DNA from: a virus
Lineage: Duplodnaviria > Caudoviricetes
IMG/VR virus record: IMGVR_UViG_3300030433_002650
Location: 1-60,175 of that record
Length of the DNA stretch: 60,175 nt
Direction: 5' to 3' (one strand)
Positions 1 to 13,800 of the stretch are shown here, piece by piece. The notes below the pieces were generated by a model. It did not search any database, had not been told where the DNA came from, and was given only the letters and a program-made list of their open reading frames with translations. The position numbers and the translations under genes are program-made. Each line of letters begins with the position of its first letter. The stretch's first letter is position 1.

Positions 1-443
1 CTGGTAAAGCCAATGTCTTGCAGTGTGCGGCCTTTCATGTTACGTAGGTTACCAAACACACCGATGGTGCTGTTCTCGACATCGCTCAATACGATGCGCT
101 CGGATGGGTTGTCGGCGTTGTAAAGGAGGATAGGTATGTTACTCGAAGACAAAGTTTCCCCGTTAAAGTATGGAACGCCAGTATATTCGTGACCTGATTT
201 TTGTACGTGTGTGAGTTGTACGCCACCCTCGCTCTCAACAATCTGATAGCGGGTTTGGGGCATGACTTGTAGGTTACGGGTGTTGTTCTTCTCGACCGTA
301 ATCTTTGCTTTGTTTGACGTTTGCACGCTTATGCGACCATGATGAACAGCGTTATCGACAAAGACTGGCTTACGTACGTGGTCCATAACCTCGTTGGCAT
401 CAGTGTCATAACGCCCAGTGCTGGTGTTCTGTATGAGTGTCAT
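1..443 (-). CDS. 5' part of a gene running off the left edge, probably a tail/baseplate-region structural protein (MTLIQNTSTGRYDTDANEVMDHVRKPVFVDNAVHHG...)
   Basis: Translated by hand. The ATG at 443 overlaps the TGA of the upstream gene (ATGA), and the frame stays open to position 1. Not in the supplied ORF track. Function inferred from position only. Confidence 0.75.
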   Translation of the reverse strand, partial: MTLIQNTSTGRYDTDANEVMDHVRKPVFVDNAVHHGRISVQTSNKAKITVEKNNTRNLQVMPQTRYQIVESEGGVQLTHVQKSGHEYTGVPYFNGETLSSSNIPILLYNADNPSERIVLSDVENSTIGVFGNLRNMKGRTLQDIGFT

Positions 444-1021
444 TTACCACGTTTCCCCCATGTTGTAGGACGTTGTGCTCTCCAGTGAAGAGGTACTCTT
501 ACAAGTCGTTCAGGTGGTATGTCTTGCTGTACCCAAGCCTCCGGTCCCTCGTCTGTCCAATTTCTAAATTGACCCTGAACGTCTTTCAATGGCATCCTTA
601 CACCTATTGCAGTGCGAGTAGGTGTTCTACCTGTCCCACTGTGTTGAAATACCGATTGTCTGTTCATACCTGCGGGGTGAAACCATGTTCCTTTACCGCT
701 TAAATCAAATTGTTTGAATTTTCGATAGTTGTCTTTATTCTGGTCAAGTTCCGCACTAAGTGCCTCCCATTTGTGGGCTTCTTCAGACGCAGGGGTTGCT
801 TTCAATCCTTCCGTAATCAGTGATTCAGGAGATTGTGGTATTGTTTCATCAAACGTATCACCATACATTGCTCGATGGGCATCGAAATTATCATACCAGT
901 TTTGTGTAGGGTGATAACGTATCATGGTCACAGGACCGTAGGGACTCGGAAAATCAGGGTGAAACTCACCAAGTGTGGTTTGGCGTGTAGCCTTGAGAAA
1001 ACGCCATGCTTTGTCAAACAT
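440..1021 (-). CDS. Putative ADP-ribosyltransferase-fold protein with N-terminal AWRFLK leader and PIP-box-like motif
   Basis: MFDKAWRFLK-ATRQTTLGEF. ART-like strands VTMIRYH ... GKGTWF ... AIGVR ... EGPEAWVQQDIPPERLV. Paralogous to 1022..1525 and to part of 56178..57812. Confidence 0.55.
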   Translation of the reverse strand: MFDKAWRFLKATRQTTLGEFHPDFPSPYGPVTMIRYHPTQNWYDNFDAHRAMYGDTFDETIPQSPESLITEGLKATPASEEAHKWEALSAELDQNKDNYRKFKQFDLSGKGTWFHPAGMNRQSVFQHSGTGRTPTRTAIGVRMPLKDVQGQFRNWTDEGPEAWVQQDIPPERLVRVPLHWRAQRPTTWGKRGK

Positions 1022-1525
1022 TCAAGCCCACCCTAATTGTTGATTAGCCCATGCTTCGTATTCTTCCTCGTTCATGTTATCGGTCACACTTTTCGATGGT
1101 TGGGAAAACACAATGTTCTCCCAATCAATAGGTTTATCATGACTAATTAGTGCTTCTGAAAGAAGTCGGTCATTTGTTGGATTCCAACCTCGTCTACGTT
1201 GTACTCTACCATGATTCTCCATAGGTCCACGAAGACCAAGTACTGTTGGAGTACCTTCTACATCATGAAAATTTGCGTTAGCAAAAAACGATGCAGTTGC
1301 ATGTGGTTCAACGGTTTTCTTATCAGCCCACCACGTACCTTTTCCGCTTAGGTCAATTAAAGAATCAGGTTTTTGTGACCAATTTTCTTGACTTTGGGGA
1401 GCCGTGGACATTAGTGGTACACCTCTATAGCCACTTACAGGCTCCATACCGGGATAATCTTCTATGTAATTGTACAACTTCATTTGGCGAGAAGCCTTGA
1501 GAAAACGCCATGCCTTCTCAAACAC
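1022..1525 (-). CDS. Putative ADP-ribosyltransferase-fold protein, paralog of 440..1021
   Basis: GTG start. MFEKAWRFLK-ASRQMKLYNY, then VSGYRG ... DLSGKGTWW ... ATASFFA ... VLGLR ... SEALISHDKPIDWENIV. Shares DLSGKGTW with its neighbour. Confidence 0.55.
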   Translation of the reverse strand: MFEKAWRFLKASRQMKLYNYIEDYPGMEPVSGYRGVPLMSTAPQSQENWSQKPDSLIDLSGKGTWWADKKTVEPHATASFFANANFHDVEGTPTVLGLRGPMENHGRVQRRRGWNPTNDRLLSEALISHDKPIDWENIVFSQPSKSVTDNMNEEEYEAWANQQLGWA

Positions 1526-1534
1526 TTTTCCACC

Positions 1535-1873
1535 TCAACAGTTCCATCGCTTGAGAGCCGCACCCTTCGGAGTCAATTTGCCTTTCTTCGATGTTGGTCC
1601 TTTCATACCGCCCATTCTCGCACAGAATGATTTACGACGCTTGGCTTTCTTGCTACCGGGTTTGAGTTTGCTCGGCTTTGTTGTCACAGGTGGCTTGAGG
1701 TTTGCGCCAGTTTCACGTTTAAACTTCGCACGTCCTTTAGCGTTTAAACCGCCCTTTCTGTGATGTCGATTTGGATTGTAACCGTGAAACGGTTTGCTCT
1801 TTTTCTTTGCCTTCATCAATGCCATTGCATTTTCCATTGGTGTACAACAATCGCAAAAGTCGTATTCAATCAT
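1535..1873 (-). CDS. Small, highly basic protein (putative DNA-binding/internal virion protein)
   Basis: K/R-rich. GGLNAKGR...KRRKSFCARM...ALKRWNC resembles a basic marine-phage protein family (recalled as DUF6321-like, unverified). The N-terminus has CDCC plus PMENAMALMK-A. Confidence 0.7.
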   Translation of the reverse strand: MIEYDFCDCCTPMENAMALMKAKKKSKPFHGYNPNRHHRKGGLNAKGRAKFKRETGANLKPPVTTKPSKLKPGSKKAKRRKSFCARMGGMKGPTSKKGKLTPKGAALKRWNC

Positions 1874-4800
1874 GCGCCATCACCTGTGTGGTCTGATGTG
1901 TTGTAGGTTACATCACCTTTATGTCCTTTTGGATGAAGTGCCTGTGAGAATCGTGGCACTACGGAGAAGTCCATGCGTTTTGTTGTTTCATCACTGTCAA
2001 TGCGGGAGCGACGACGTGCCGCATCAGCACGATAGTGTTGGAGCGTGTTTTCGCTGATAACAATACGAGTAACTGCATTGTTGAGTTTTGAACTATCGAA
2101 TGACGCTTCACCGATACCAAGCAACTTCGGACCTTTGCTCACTGGTACAGATTCGTTAGCACTGATGTCCATAACGTACAAGGGTGCGTAAGGTGGATTG
2201 GTATCAGGATTGGTGCTACGGATGTAGTAGCCTGAACTTGCACGTCCGTTCTCCACCTCGTACATGTAAATACCATACTTACCACCAGCAGTAGCCGAGA
2301 AGTAGTTTGCACCGTATTGTGGGGATGATGAGTGCAGGTTGTTGTTTGGTCGGAACATCTCAACGTGTTGCTTGTCAAGCAATCGCACTGGTCTAAGCAT
2401 GAAAGTAACTTTCTTGTCGGTCATGTTTGTTTGACTGGTGCTTACGTGTACGTTTGTTTCGTACGGGTTTGATGTCTTGTTTGACCCGCTTATACCGCCC
2501 CAATCTTTGTCGCTGATAGGTGCAAGGAAGTTGCGAGTTTCAGCGAGGTATGTACCACCCATTGGGTTGAAGTTGGAGGTGTGGGTCAATCGCATTGCAC
2601 CACCCTGTGGCTGTCCAGCGAAGGTCAAACCAGTAAGGTCGTAATCAGCAAGTGTCTGTGAACCTGCGGTCAAACCACCCTCCATGACTACTCGCTGCCC
2701 TACGTTGCGGTCTGTGTGTAGGCTGTGTGCTTCTGTATTGATAGCAATGAGGTTGTCATCCACGCCTTCAATGTTCTCGCTGTCAATACCGATACGTGGG
2801 CTTGACCGACTGATAGCATCCTTGTGCGGTGTGTCACCAGTGAAGTCTTCTACACGGTCGCTTGCTACGGCTTCGGGTTTGAGCAGTCCATTTTCATCAA
2901 CACCCAATCGAGCACTGATACCACGCAGTACTTCATTGGGTTGCAGTACATCGTTACGTGGGCGCACGTAACCGTCTGATGTGTTTGGTTCAGCAGTGTG
3001 GTGCGAAAGAACGACCCCTGTGGCGTGATACGGCTCATCAAGGTCTGTGAGTACATCTTCGTTAAACATGGTTGGATAGCGTACGCCTCGACCGTTACCC
3101 ATGTCACCAACACGGTGCGGGTTGGTTGGGAAGAACACATCGACTGGATTTGCTGTATCGTTGTTGTTCACGTTGTTAAGCCGTCCCGCCATACGTGGGA
3201 AGTTTACATCAGTAGCCGTGAGGTCTGAACTGGTGAAATCAACAAGCGTCTTGAGATTGACCAGTGGGTTACCGCCATTCCATAGACGCTCATACGGAGT
3301 TAAGTCATTGGCTCGGTCATACTCGTAGACATCACTGCAATCCCAAGCAGGGCGTATACCAAAACCACGTACAGGATAGCGGCGTACATCTTCACCACGA
3401 GTGTTGCCCCACCAGTCTACGAGATAGTACTTTACTGCTTCATCTACCTTTGAGATGTTCTTACCAAGCGGGTCACCCCACCAGTCACGTATGACAGTAC
3501 TTGCATTGCGTAGTACACGCACTGGGCAACCGAACGCTCGTGTCATACGCATACCGTTACTGTAGCGTACACGCCATTCAGGTTTGTCTACACCGAGCAT
3601 AGCGGAGAAGTTGGTTTGTCGCTCCATGATACCAACATATGTGTTCGGATAAGTTTCATTAGCAAGGCTTGAACCACCAGCGTATGTCCACGTTTGCGTT
3701 TCTTGCTGTACAAGTGGTCCATGTTGATACCCTGCAATAGTGTTCGACGCTGTAATGTCGGCTTCTCGATAAGCACGAGCACCGTACATAGCCCACTGTG
3801 GTTTGTTGTAGGGTTGTCGCAATCCAAAGCGGTAACCAAACGGTCGAGGTCGTGTAGGGTCTGTAATTGAATCGTACGATGTTTTCGTAATACCACTGCT
3901 TACTGTATATGAACCATCATCGTCTTGGTCTTCCCATACTGGTCCGTCGGATGTGTAGTCTTGCGGATAATCCCACGCAGTACTCACGTACCCGTACCCA
4001 TCAAGACGACTGGTAAGCGGTCCACCACGGCTACCACACGGCCAGTAGTGGTTCAGCATCACATCAGTACCACCTTGAGCCGTGTAATCACTATGTAAAG
4101 CACTGGCTGATACAGGTTCACCATCGCCGTAAACGTATATTGTACTTCCATTTGTAAGATGTGTTGTTGTTTTATTGACGTTTATCACTGTACCGTTGTC
4201 ACCGGGAGATACCACGATAAACGTTTCATCCTCGATTTGAATCACAGCACCACTTACTAATGGTGGTGATAGAGCAGTTGTGATTGTTTGACCAAACGTA
4301 GAAACAATAGTTCGGTCACCACTTGGTAATTTTGTCACTGGCTGAATTGGTCTTGGTGTTTTAATTGCAAAAGTAAACGGACCTAAACTATTGTAGTACG
4401 TTGCATCGTGGTAATGAATGGTTTCATAGTGTTCAGGTAGGCTGTTCAGTGGTTTACGATTAACTGCCCTATCACCAGTTGGACTCAACCACGTACGACT
4501 TGCATCTGAATAGAATGTATGCGGTCGGCCAAGATTTGGATTCCATAGACACAAATACGCATCGGCCATGTGGAGGCTGTTCGTATCACGACTACCCTGT
4601 AGTAATTGAGGCAACATGCGTGTAAAAATGCTTGACTTCGATTCCTTCATCAATTTACCAGCAGGGCGGAAGTCATACGCACGAGTCAAACGAATCTTCG
4701 TTCCAACAGTGAGATTACTGGTGAAGTTTGACGATGCAGTAATGGTGAATCTATACGGTTTATTCATGTACGTTGCGTCATTACCACTACGTTCCGTATA

Positions 4801-7800
4801 CGTATGTGTGCGTCGAATACCGTCAGCATCGGTGTATTCCAACTTCATACCGTAGTATGGGACTTTGGGGAAACCTCTTGCGTCATCGACAGTGATAAGC
4901 GTTGAAGACACCGACTTAACTACAGCAACAGGTGATAGGCTGATGTTTTCCAGTATAGTCGAATAGAAGTCAGGGTAATTGGATGGATAACCTGCAAGAG
5001 TCAATTGACAAGCAATGCTTCCAGCACCAGCACGTAAGAACTCGTAGTAATTGTCAATTCTGTGCCATGTCAAATGACGGAATCCTACTGCTGATGAATC
5101 TTCAGGACTTATTTTGTGTACAATAGACCACCACGGTATGTTGGTTGTAAAGCCGGGTGTAGCATCAACAAACATACCGGGGTGATACGGTAGGCTTCGT
5201 CGTGTAAATGCAGGTGCTTCTGTACCTTGTACACCCAACGCATTGTACAGCAATAGCGGAGGTATGTTTGCCAGTTGTCCACCATAATCAGGGTCATGGT
5301 CAAGCATAACCTCGTTGATGAATACTTCACACCCACGTACATCAGCCATGGTTGCCTCGGCCAAGACCAAGCCAAGTCCACCTGTGGCTGAATCAGGCTC
5401 ACGTATACCGATAACCAATGCTACTTGTTGTCCAGTTAATTCATTGACTGAACCATCAGGCAGTCCAGTGGCACTGCCGTTTTCATGGTAGCCGTAAAAC
5501 TGTGACTTGTGTACGTTAGGTTGGATGATGATTTGGTAAGCACCAACTTCTGATGGGTCAGGGAAGTGATGCTTGAGTGTGTATGTAGCACCTGCTTCCA
5601 ATACAATAGTGTGACCACCTTTCGAGTTTACAACACCCGCTTGACCCTTTGAAGCCAATACCCCATAACCATCGTACTTGACTTTGGTTTCAAACATGAG
5701 TGTGAACCCACCACCGTGAATATCACTCGGACCACTTGGTGTAGCAGTCATTGCACCGAATGTAATCATGGGGTCATAGACTGGTAATTTGCGTTGGGTA
5801 TCTGCTGGTAAGTTCGACCTATCAGTATCGAGAGCAGTGCTTTGAATAAGGTCTTGCTCAAGATTCTTTTGCGTTGCTGAACGGTCGGCTCGGTGCTTAA
5901 AGTACAATCCTTGATACGCAGGGTGCGCCCAATGACCGGGTAACATAGCCTGTGTAGCATTAACAAAGTGATGACCCATACGTGGAATTGCCATTGGTGT
6001 CAGGCGTGCTTTCTTGTATGCATCGTAACACAATACATTCGGTCCACCATGTCCAGTCACATACATTGAGTGAGCCATATCAGGACTGTTACCACTCACT
6101 TCCGCATGGTCACGAATTCGACGTGCCGCAAAGAATCGGTTGCTACCAGCAGGTACGTAGTATGAAGGCACGACACTGAATGACGTTATACTACTCTTAG
6201 CAACAATAGCATCGAATGCCGAGTCACCTACACAACCAGTGAACGTGTTGGTCGATATACCAGTGAACGAAGCAACACCACTTTCACCAGTTGCGTCATT
6301 GTATATGCGTAAAAATCGACGTGTACCGCCATCATCTTTCTGTGAGTCACCATAAGCGTCACGATACAACGTCGTATTGATGGTTGTATTCACTGTTAAA
6401 GTAGTACCTGAATACGATGAAGCGGTGAGTGCATTGTTCGTGATACCGTTGGCGTGTGTGTAGAATGTAGGATAGCGATGCGTATGCGAATTACCGTTCT
6501 TGGTGATATGGAAGAACAAGGCTCGGTCATGCAATTCGTACGATGTCTTCAGTGGTGCATTGTTGGTTGCCGACTTCCAACCTTTTCGTGTCATATCGGG
6601 GAAGGCTTCACCTACGGAGTTTTGACTGATATGGTCGTATTCGTGGTCACTAAATGTCGGTCCTAAGCGTGGACCATCTGTAGCGTCTGTAAAGATGCCT
6701 TCTATGCCCGTTTCGATGTTTGGACGTAGCATACCGCCCGTACCCATTGTTTCGTTTTGATAGGCTTGTAGACGGTCAAATCCGCTACGTACAATGATGT
6801 TACCGGGTATAGCATCAGCATCAGGTAGTTGAATCTTCAAGTTTGGCTCAACACCGCTTCCCGCTTCCGATGGTGCTAACCCTTCGGCTGTACGGTCTGA
6901 AATTTGTTTGAATGAGCGTATGATTGTACCAAACGGTGAACCACCTTCGATTGAATGCTCTTGGCCAGTGTCGTCTACAACAGTCATGGCTAAGAATTGC
7001 AACTCTTCATTTGGTATCTCAAGTACGTTACGCAACTCATCGGGATGTCGAGCCGCAATTTGTGGGTGACTCAACTCTTGTGCCTGTATGATTGGATACA
7101 TTGCCGAGTTAGTTGTTTCAAATGAGAACCGACAATTACCAAACAATTTTTCACCAGTAGTATAGGCACTGCCTCCCGATACACGAGTGATAAATGGTAC
7201 TGCGCCAAGACCACGAGCATTGACAGCAGGGAGTGATAAATTACCACCATCCATACGCTTCCATACTACGTTTTCAACGGAGAAATTCTTTACTGGTGAA
7301 TGTTCAGCAAGTTGGAATGCATTCAAATCGCCTTCCCAAAATTTCCGCCCCGTAGAATATCTTGAGGTGATTGATGAATCTGTAGTTGATGTGATGTATT
7401 TGCGGCGTAAGTTACGTTCTACACCCGTTATGGTTTCAAGACGGAAAGAACCGGGACTCTCATCAAGGTCGTAAAACAAATCTCCCGTTTCGTTAAAACA
7501 AGGTTCAGCGTTAAACAGTGTCGAGTCATCGGCTAAGGGCGCACCAAAATTGTACGCACTTGGATAAGTATCTGTAGTATGTGCAAACCCACTTGCAATC
7601 AATGCCTCAATATTAGGTCCAGCGTTAGCAGGTGCGGTAAATCGTTCAGGATTGTGTATACGCTCATCCCAACGTGTAGTACCTGCAAATGTGATGGCAG
7701 TCGCAGGCGTTACGCTATCGACATTGACCTTTGATGATACAGAAAGCCAATCACCTGTTGCTTTGATACCGTCCCTGTCATGCTTTGCAACAAGTGCCAT

Positions 7801-10800
7801 TTCGCTCTCATATGATATGACAACAAATGCCCGACTGTACACACCTTGTGGCATATGGAGATTGCGTGGTAGCGCAAATGTATCATCATCAATATCACGA
7901 TAAGTTACTGGTGATGCCCCTAAGTTCGTATCTTCAGCACTATCAAATGTATATCCTGTATAGTAAGCATTAGATGAAGCAAGACTATACTTCCACGTAT
8001 ACGGTGTGGTTATTACTGTTTCAGCATTACTTTGATTGTTAATACGTTGAGATGCTTCAGGACTAAATTGTATTGGATTCGAGTGTGCAAGATGTCCAAA
8101 AGTCGTCATGCAACTGTTGCTTGAACCGTATGGTGAGAACCCAAGCATCGGATGCCATGCACCCAAACCTGCACCATACTGCTCCGAACCTACTTTGAGA
8201 GAATTAAGGTACGAATAACGCTCCCCTGCCCATCCTACAGCACCTACAGGGCGTGTACGGTCAATAGCATCAACAACACCGCTAAAATGCACCTGCGTCA
8301 TGTGGTCACGAGTTGAATCGTTTTCATTGTTAAAACGATGAACACCCGCTTTTGACCACACATACACAGCAGTAGGATTGCCTCCGCTATAATCAGGGTG
8401 TGAAGTACCTGCTGAATATGCACTTCTTGCAACATCGTCATACGTACGTAGGCTTTCCATTAGTGGTAAACTCGATGAACGATTTGGCGCAAGTAAGAAA
8501 TGCACTTTGTAACTACTACTTCCGCTATCATAAACAACTTCTCGACTATGATACGGCGCAAACGTAGGTATGTCGCCTGAACCAACATTTGTCGTACCAC
8601 CATCAGGTGTACGGAGCCATCCACATGCGGGTATTTGTTCAAGCGTTGCTTGAGATGCCCCTGAAATACTTGCTTTCAAAATTGTTTTAGACGACGTAAT
8701 TGACGCAGCAGTACCGTCAATTGTGTAAGAATCAAATGACATCTCGACCCATCCGTAGCGGTCTTGTCGCATTGCGTTACCCATTGATGGTGCAAACGTA
8801 CCACCCATCGCTTTGATAGCACTGCTTCCGGGGAACTCATTAATGGATTGACCGAGTATGGTTGCTAACTCTTCACCGTTTTGACAACGTGTTGCATCGA
8901 CTACAATGAACTCATCTTCATACAATGATGCTACATTTTCACTGGTTACACCTGTAACGAAATTGTTTGCAAGTTTTCCTGATACACGGAATGCAGTTGG
9001 GTGTACATCATTGTGTCCTATTTTGACTTTGTAATCGCTGATGTCGTGCGGTGGGTTGAATGACAACTGGTTGTCCATCCAAGAACCACCGGGGTGATAG
9101 CCACCGTCCATATGGAAGCACAAATCAGCACCCATGGCGATACCGTAGTACATAGCACCTACAAACTTGTACGGGTGGGCTTTTCGATAATCTTCAATGT
9201 TTGACGTTGTTACACGTACACTGTTTGTGAAATGTTCACCATAGTGCGAACCATGTTCAGGACGTTGTATAAGACCAGCACCAGTAGTTGTACCAATGTT
9301 GGGTACACCTTGTGCTGGTGACCAGTTCCATGTTGTATTCCAATGGAATACTTGACGTGCTGATTGATACGTACTTGACGGCGGTCCGTATTTATCGTCG
9401 GAGTTTTTGATTTCATTTGGTAAATTTTTGTTAGCAGGTACTTTGCTCCATGAATTACCAGTTGTGACAACATAACCGGGGTGAGGCTGTTCATCCGAAT
9501 CTACTGTCGTCATTTCCGTAAACGGGAAGGCTTGACCGGGACCAAAGATAATGTACGTCGTGTGTGTTTCGCCCACATCTGTGTCTTTGTATCGAGCGTT
9601 TGGATTAGCCACACGCAAGACAAGTGGTGATGGTTTTTGTTGTACAATACCTGCGGTGTATCTCGCCTGTACATGCGCTGGCGTATTAACGTGAGCCGCA
9701 TGAGCACCACCCGCTAAATCAGGAGAAAGGACATTGTTACGATTGGCTACTGGGTGCGACAGACTACCACGATGTTGATTCAATAACGGAGTAGCAGGGA
9801 AGAATGCAAGTAAAGCGTTACAGTCTACAATAGCAAACGAAGTAGAAATCTCGTTAGCATTCTGTATACCTGCTGTACCTGTTGGTCCATTTGAATAAGG
9901 ATGAGTATAGAACGATGAATAATCGTTTTCTGTACCATCATTGATGTCCAGTACTACTCCACTAAAACCACCACCAAAGTACAGTGGTACTGAATGGTCG
10001 TTGCTGTCTTTTGCACCCCTGAAATATACAATTGGTTCTGCATCTACAGCACCAAATGAACGACGACCGCCTATTTTTTGATTACCAAACCGCATCAATA
10101 TATGGTCTTCATTGCTGAAATTTGCAGTGAAATGGTCTACCCAATCTTGGTTTGCAAAATCATCTCTTCCCCACTCAACCCGTTGAAGAGAAAACAGATT
10201 TTGTACTGATGTTAATAGTGCATATTGTTTGTCTGTGAAGTAAAATCGCTTTTGTTCACCAAAAGAATGCTCTTTATCAAACGTATCAATTGAGGTGGCT
10301 TCTTGACCTGAAGGCACAAGCGCATGAGTAATACCGTTATCTGTAGTTGTATGGTAAAAGTATTTTTGGCTGTGCTGATAATGGTTGAATAACAACATTT
10401 CGTTGTTGAGTGCAGGTAAGATATGGTCACCGCTTGTTGATGTGAATGTGATACCCTTGAGGTTCTTTCGCCATGCATCGACTGGTACAGGGTCGTTAAA
10501 CGAATCGACAAGGATAGGCGTAGGGGTGTTGGCGTGATACCCTCGTCCTTTTGTACGAATTTGCAGTACTGTTCTTGGAAGATACCCTGCATCAATCTGT
10601 CGATTCTTGTCAAGCAGTGCATCGCTTATCGGTTGATGTACAGCATCGGATGATGTACTAAATTCGTAAATACCAGTAGCATCTTTTGCTAATGTTTCGT
10701 ACTCCCCGTACTCAAGATGAGCCGCTTGTATAGCATAATCGGTGTGTAGTTTTGAAGAGAACATGCGTGAAATTGGTGTAGCACCACGTTGTGGGTTGTG

Positions 10801-13800
10801 CGAGCGTACAATAATTGCATCCTCGGCTACGCCCCATTCACCGAGCGTACGACCGTCACAGGCATACAAATGACGTACATCAACTGCTATTCCATCTTCT
10901 TGATTCGGATTAGGGTGATTGATGGCTACGTTGGTAGCGTACGCAAGTACTTCATCGGTAACCAGTGTTGTCCAGTTAATACGTGATGATAGTAACACAC
11001 GCATGGTGTTGTCCGAAGCGTGAGGTTGTGTCCTTGTTGCATCTATTACAGTTCCACTACTGACGTAGTGAGATGATACAAAGGATTCTCCACGTACCCC
11101 ATAAAAGATGTGTGTACCCGTTATATCATCCACTGTACGTGATTCGTAAGATAGTGCATTTCCAACAAATCCATCAGCAGTTGTACCTGTAAATGGGTCA
11201 TGTAAATGTATGACACCATTTGAGTGAGGGTAACCAAGATAACCAAGTAAATCAGGATGGTTTGCCAATGGTGAAGACGATGCGCTTGTGTTGAATGGTG
11301 CTTCAAACACAACAGTGAGTGTGTTTGCTGTACCATCCCATGTTACCTCCGCATCAACTCCAGCATCAGGAGCGTACATACCTCTCCATCGGTTACCACG
11401 CCATTTAGAAAGTTGAAGTCCTGATACATCTAAGCGACCAGTAGGGTCACCCCAACCGAGCATATGACCACCAAGAGTAAAACCGCCCATAGAAACATCA
11501 TCATCATTGATGTGAATAATAACTTCATCTTCTAAGGTAGAAGGCAATGTAGTATTTTCATCGGAAAACGCTTGACCGAATTTACGGTAGACATAACGTA
11601 CACCATATCCACGACCTCGATGGTCTGTGAATCTAAACCCATACAATGGTGTATCGCCTATTGCGTCTTCTGTAGTTTCATTTGGATTAACATGCGCTGT
11701 GTATGAAGCAATAGCAGTCGGGTCATTGTCACCAAACTTAATGGCTTCACCGTACTTGTAATCAAATCGTTCATCACCTCTTCGACCAAAACCATGCTTA
11801 CCTGCATCGGGTGCAAAACCGGGTACTCCTGATGCTACAAGACCTCCAAAGTTGATACGACCAATCGCTTGCTTACCTGCACGCAATCCTTCAACAAGAT
11901 TAGTTGAAAGACCTTGAACTTCAAACGATTCGTCTGATACCGTATTGTGATTGATGCCACCAATACGTGCCGACACATTGCGGTTTTCTGATGCTGTGTT
12001 TGATTTACGATTACCAACATCGTGATTGTTTGTGAATGGCTCATCGGGTTCTTCTTGGAGCACGTATTCACGCAGTGTTGTAACAGGAGCAAACGGGCGA
12101 CCATGCTTGTTAAGAGGCATTGGTGCTGGATGCATGTTCTCGCCCAATGTTTCATCAGGCTGACACCAAAAGTTACGGAATCGCCCACCGTGTCCAATAA
12201 GGAATTGCGGCTTGTAGTTCGATTGACCCTTACTGTTGTCAAGCCATACACAGAAATTACGACCTGATGCACCGGGTACGGTGGAGTGAATGACAATTGA
12301 GAAGCCCTCGTTGCCATTCATGTCTTCAACAACACGTCCAATGTGAGCACGTACATACCCCATGTGGCTACCACGGTCGTGAGTATCGAATGCTTCTTCT
12401 ACAAACCACCACGGTGCAGGGTCATAAGTTGAACCCGTAGCGGCGAAATCAGCATTGATGTGTGCGCTACTGGGGTCTTTTGCATCAGATGTAACATCCT
12501 GTCGTACACCAATACGTGTGAGGTCAAGACTTTCGCTTTCACCGGGGTATTGTTGAGATGGACGACGGGCATGAGTTCGACCGTTCTTTGCCCCACCTTG
12601 ATTGATTAAACGTACAATTTCACGAGTAGCGGCCTCAATATCCGTCACACCCTCTTTGACACCAACTTCACCGCAATCAATCACCATACGACGTACGAAA
12701 TCCATTTCTGTCCAATGTGGTAAATGCTCCAAGCGGTCTTCTTCATGACTTGTTAAGTCGAGTGTAGTAGAGCGTATGCCCTTCAAGCCCAAGAATGCTG
12801 AAATACAACGTGTACCATCAGGTGTGTCGAACAGTGTACTTGCATCACGGAAACTGTATAATGATGGGTCTTTGGACAACCTGTGTAGTTTCAAAGCCTC
12901 TACGAATCTATCTCGGCTTGGTAATCGAGAAATCTTATGCTTCTCATTCGCCCAATACGTTGAAGCCACAGCAGGTTCAACACGAGGCAACGCATTATCA
13001 CTTACAGCGTAGATGTTACTATTGTAACCATACATTAGTCCTGAATGTACAAAGTGACCGTGACCTTTGCCCATCAACTGTTTGTTGTTTCCTCTTGTTG
13101 TAGGGTCTTCAATCAAGAAATTTGCATCACTATTCGCTATATCGTGTGCATAGGCTGATTCGATAAACTTTGATTGTTGCGTGCTACGCAGGTATTTGTT
13201 TTCGCTTGGGAATCCATTGGCTACGTCAATTTGTGTTGTAAAGTAATGCGGTGCACCACCGTTGTGAGATACCAAGAAACGGTCGAGTTTTGCTACACCA
13301 CCTGCGTGTACAATGTCACGACCAAACCCAATGTTCGGTGTAGCCGCACTTGATTGAACCTGCATATGTAGGTCATGGAATGCAATAAATTCACGGTCAT
13401 GGGCTACATCGTAGAGCAATACACGAGCATGACCTTCGGTAGCAAGATACGGGTCTACGTAGGCTACTCTCGGAACGTCTGTATACGAACTACCAAGCAA
13501 TGATTCGTAATTCAACTCAATTGTTTTATTGATGTGTTGAGCCAAATTTTGCGCCGTTTCCAAGCACGTATTTCCAATCAAGAAATTCTCAAGAGGTATT
13601 GAATCACGAGGACGACTGGCAAGTGAACCACGACCACCGTTGAAACCTTTCCATACAAGATGCTCATTGTAAACACCACGACTCTTACAGAACAGACCTT
13701 CCACCGCATGTGGATTGTTCATGGTCATGTTCATCCATACGGTATCACCGTTTCGCATACCACCTGCGGCGAATGGATTAAGCCATGTGGCGTTCAATAT

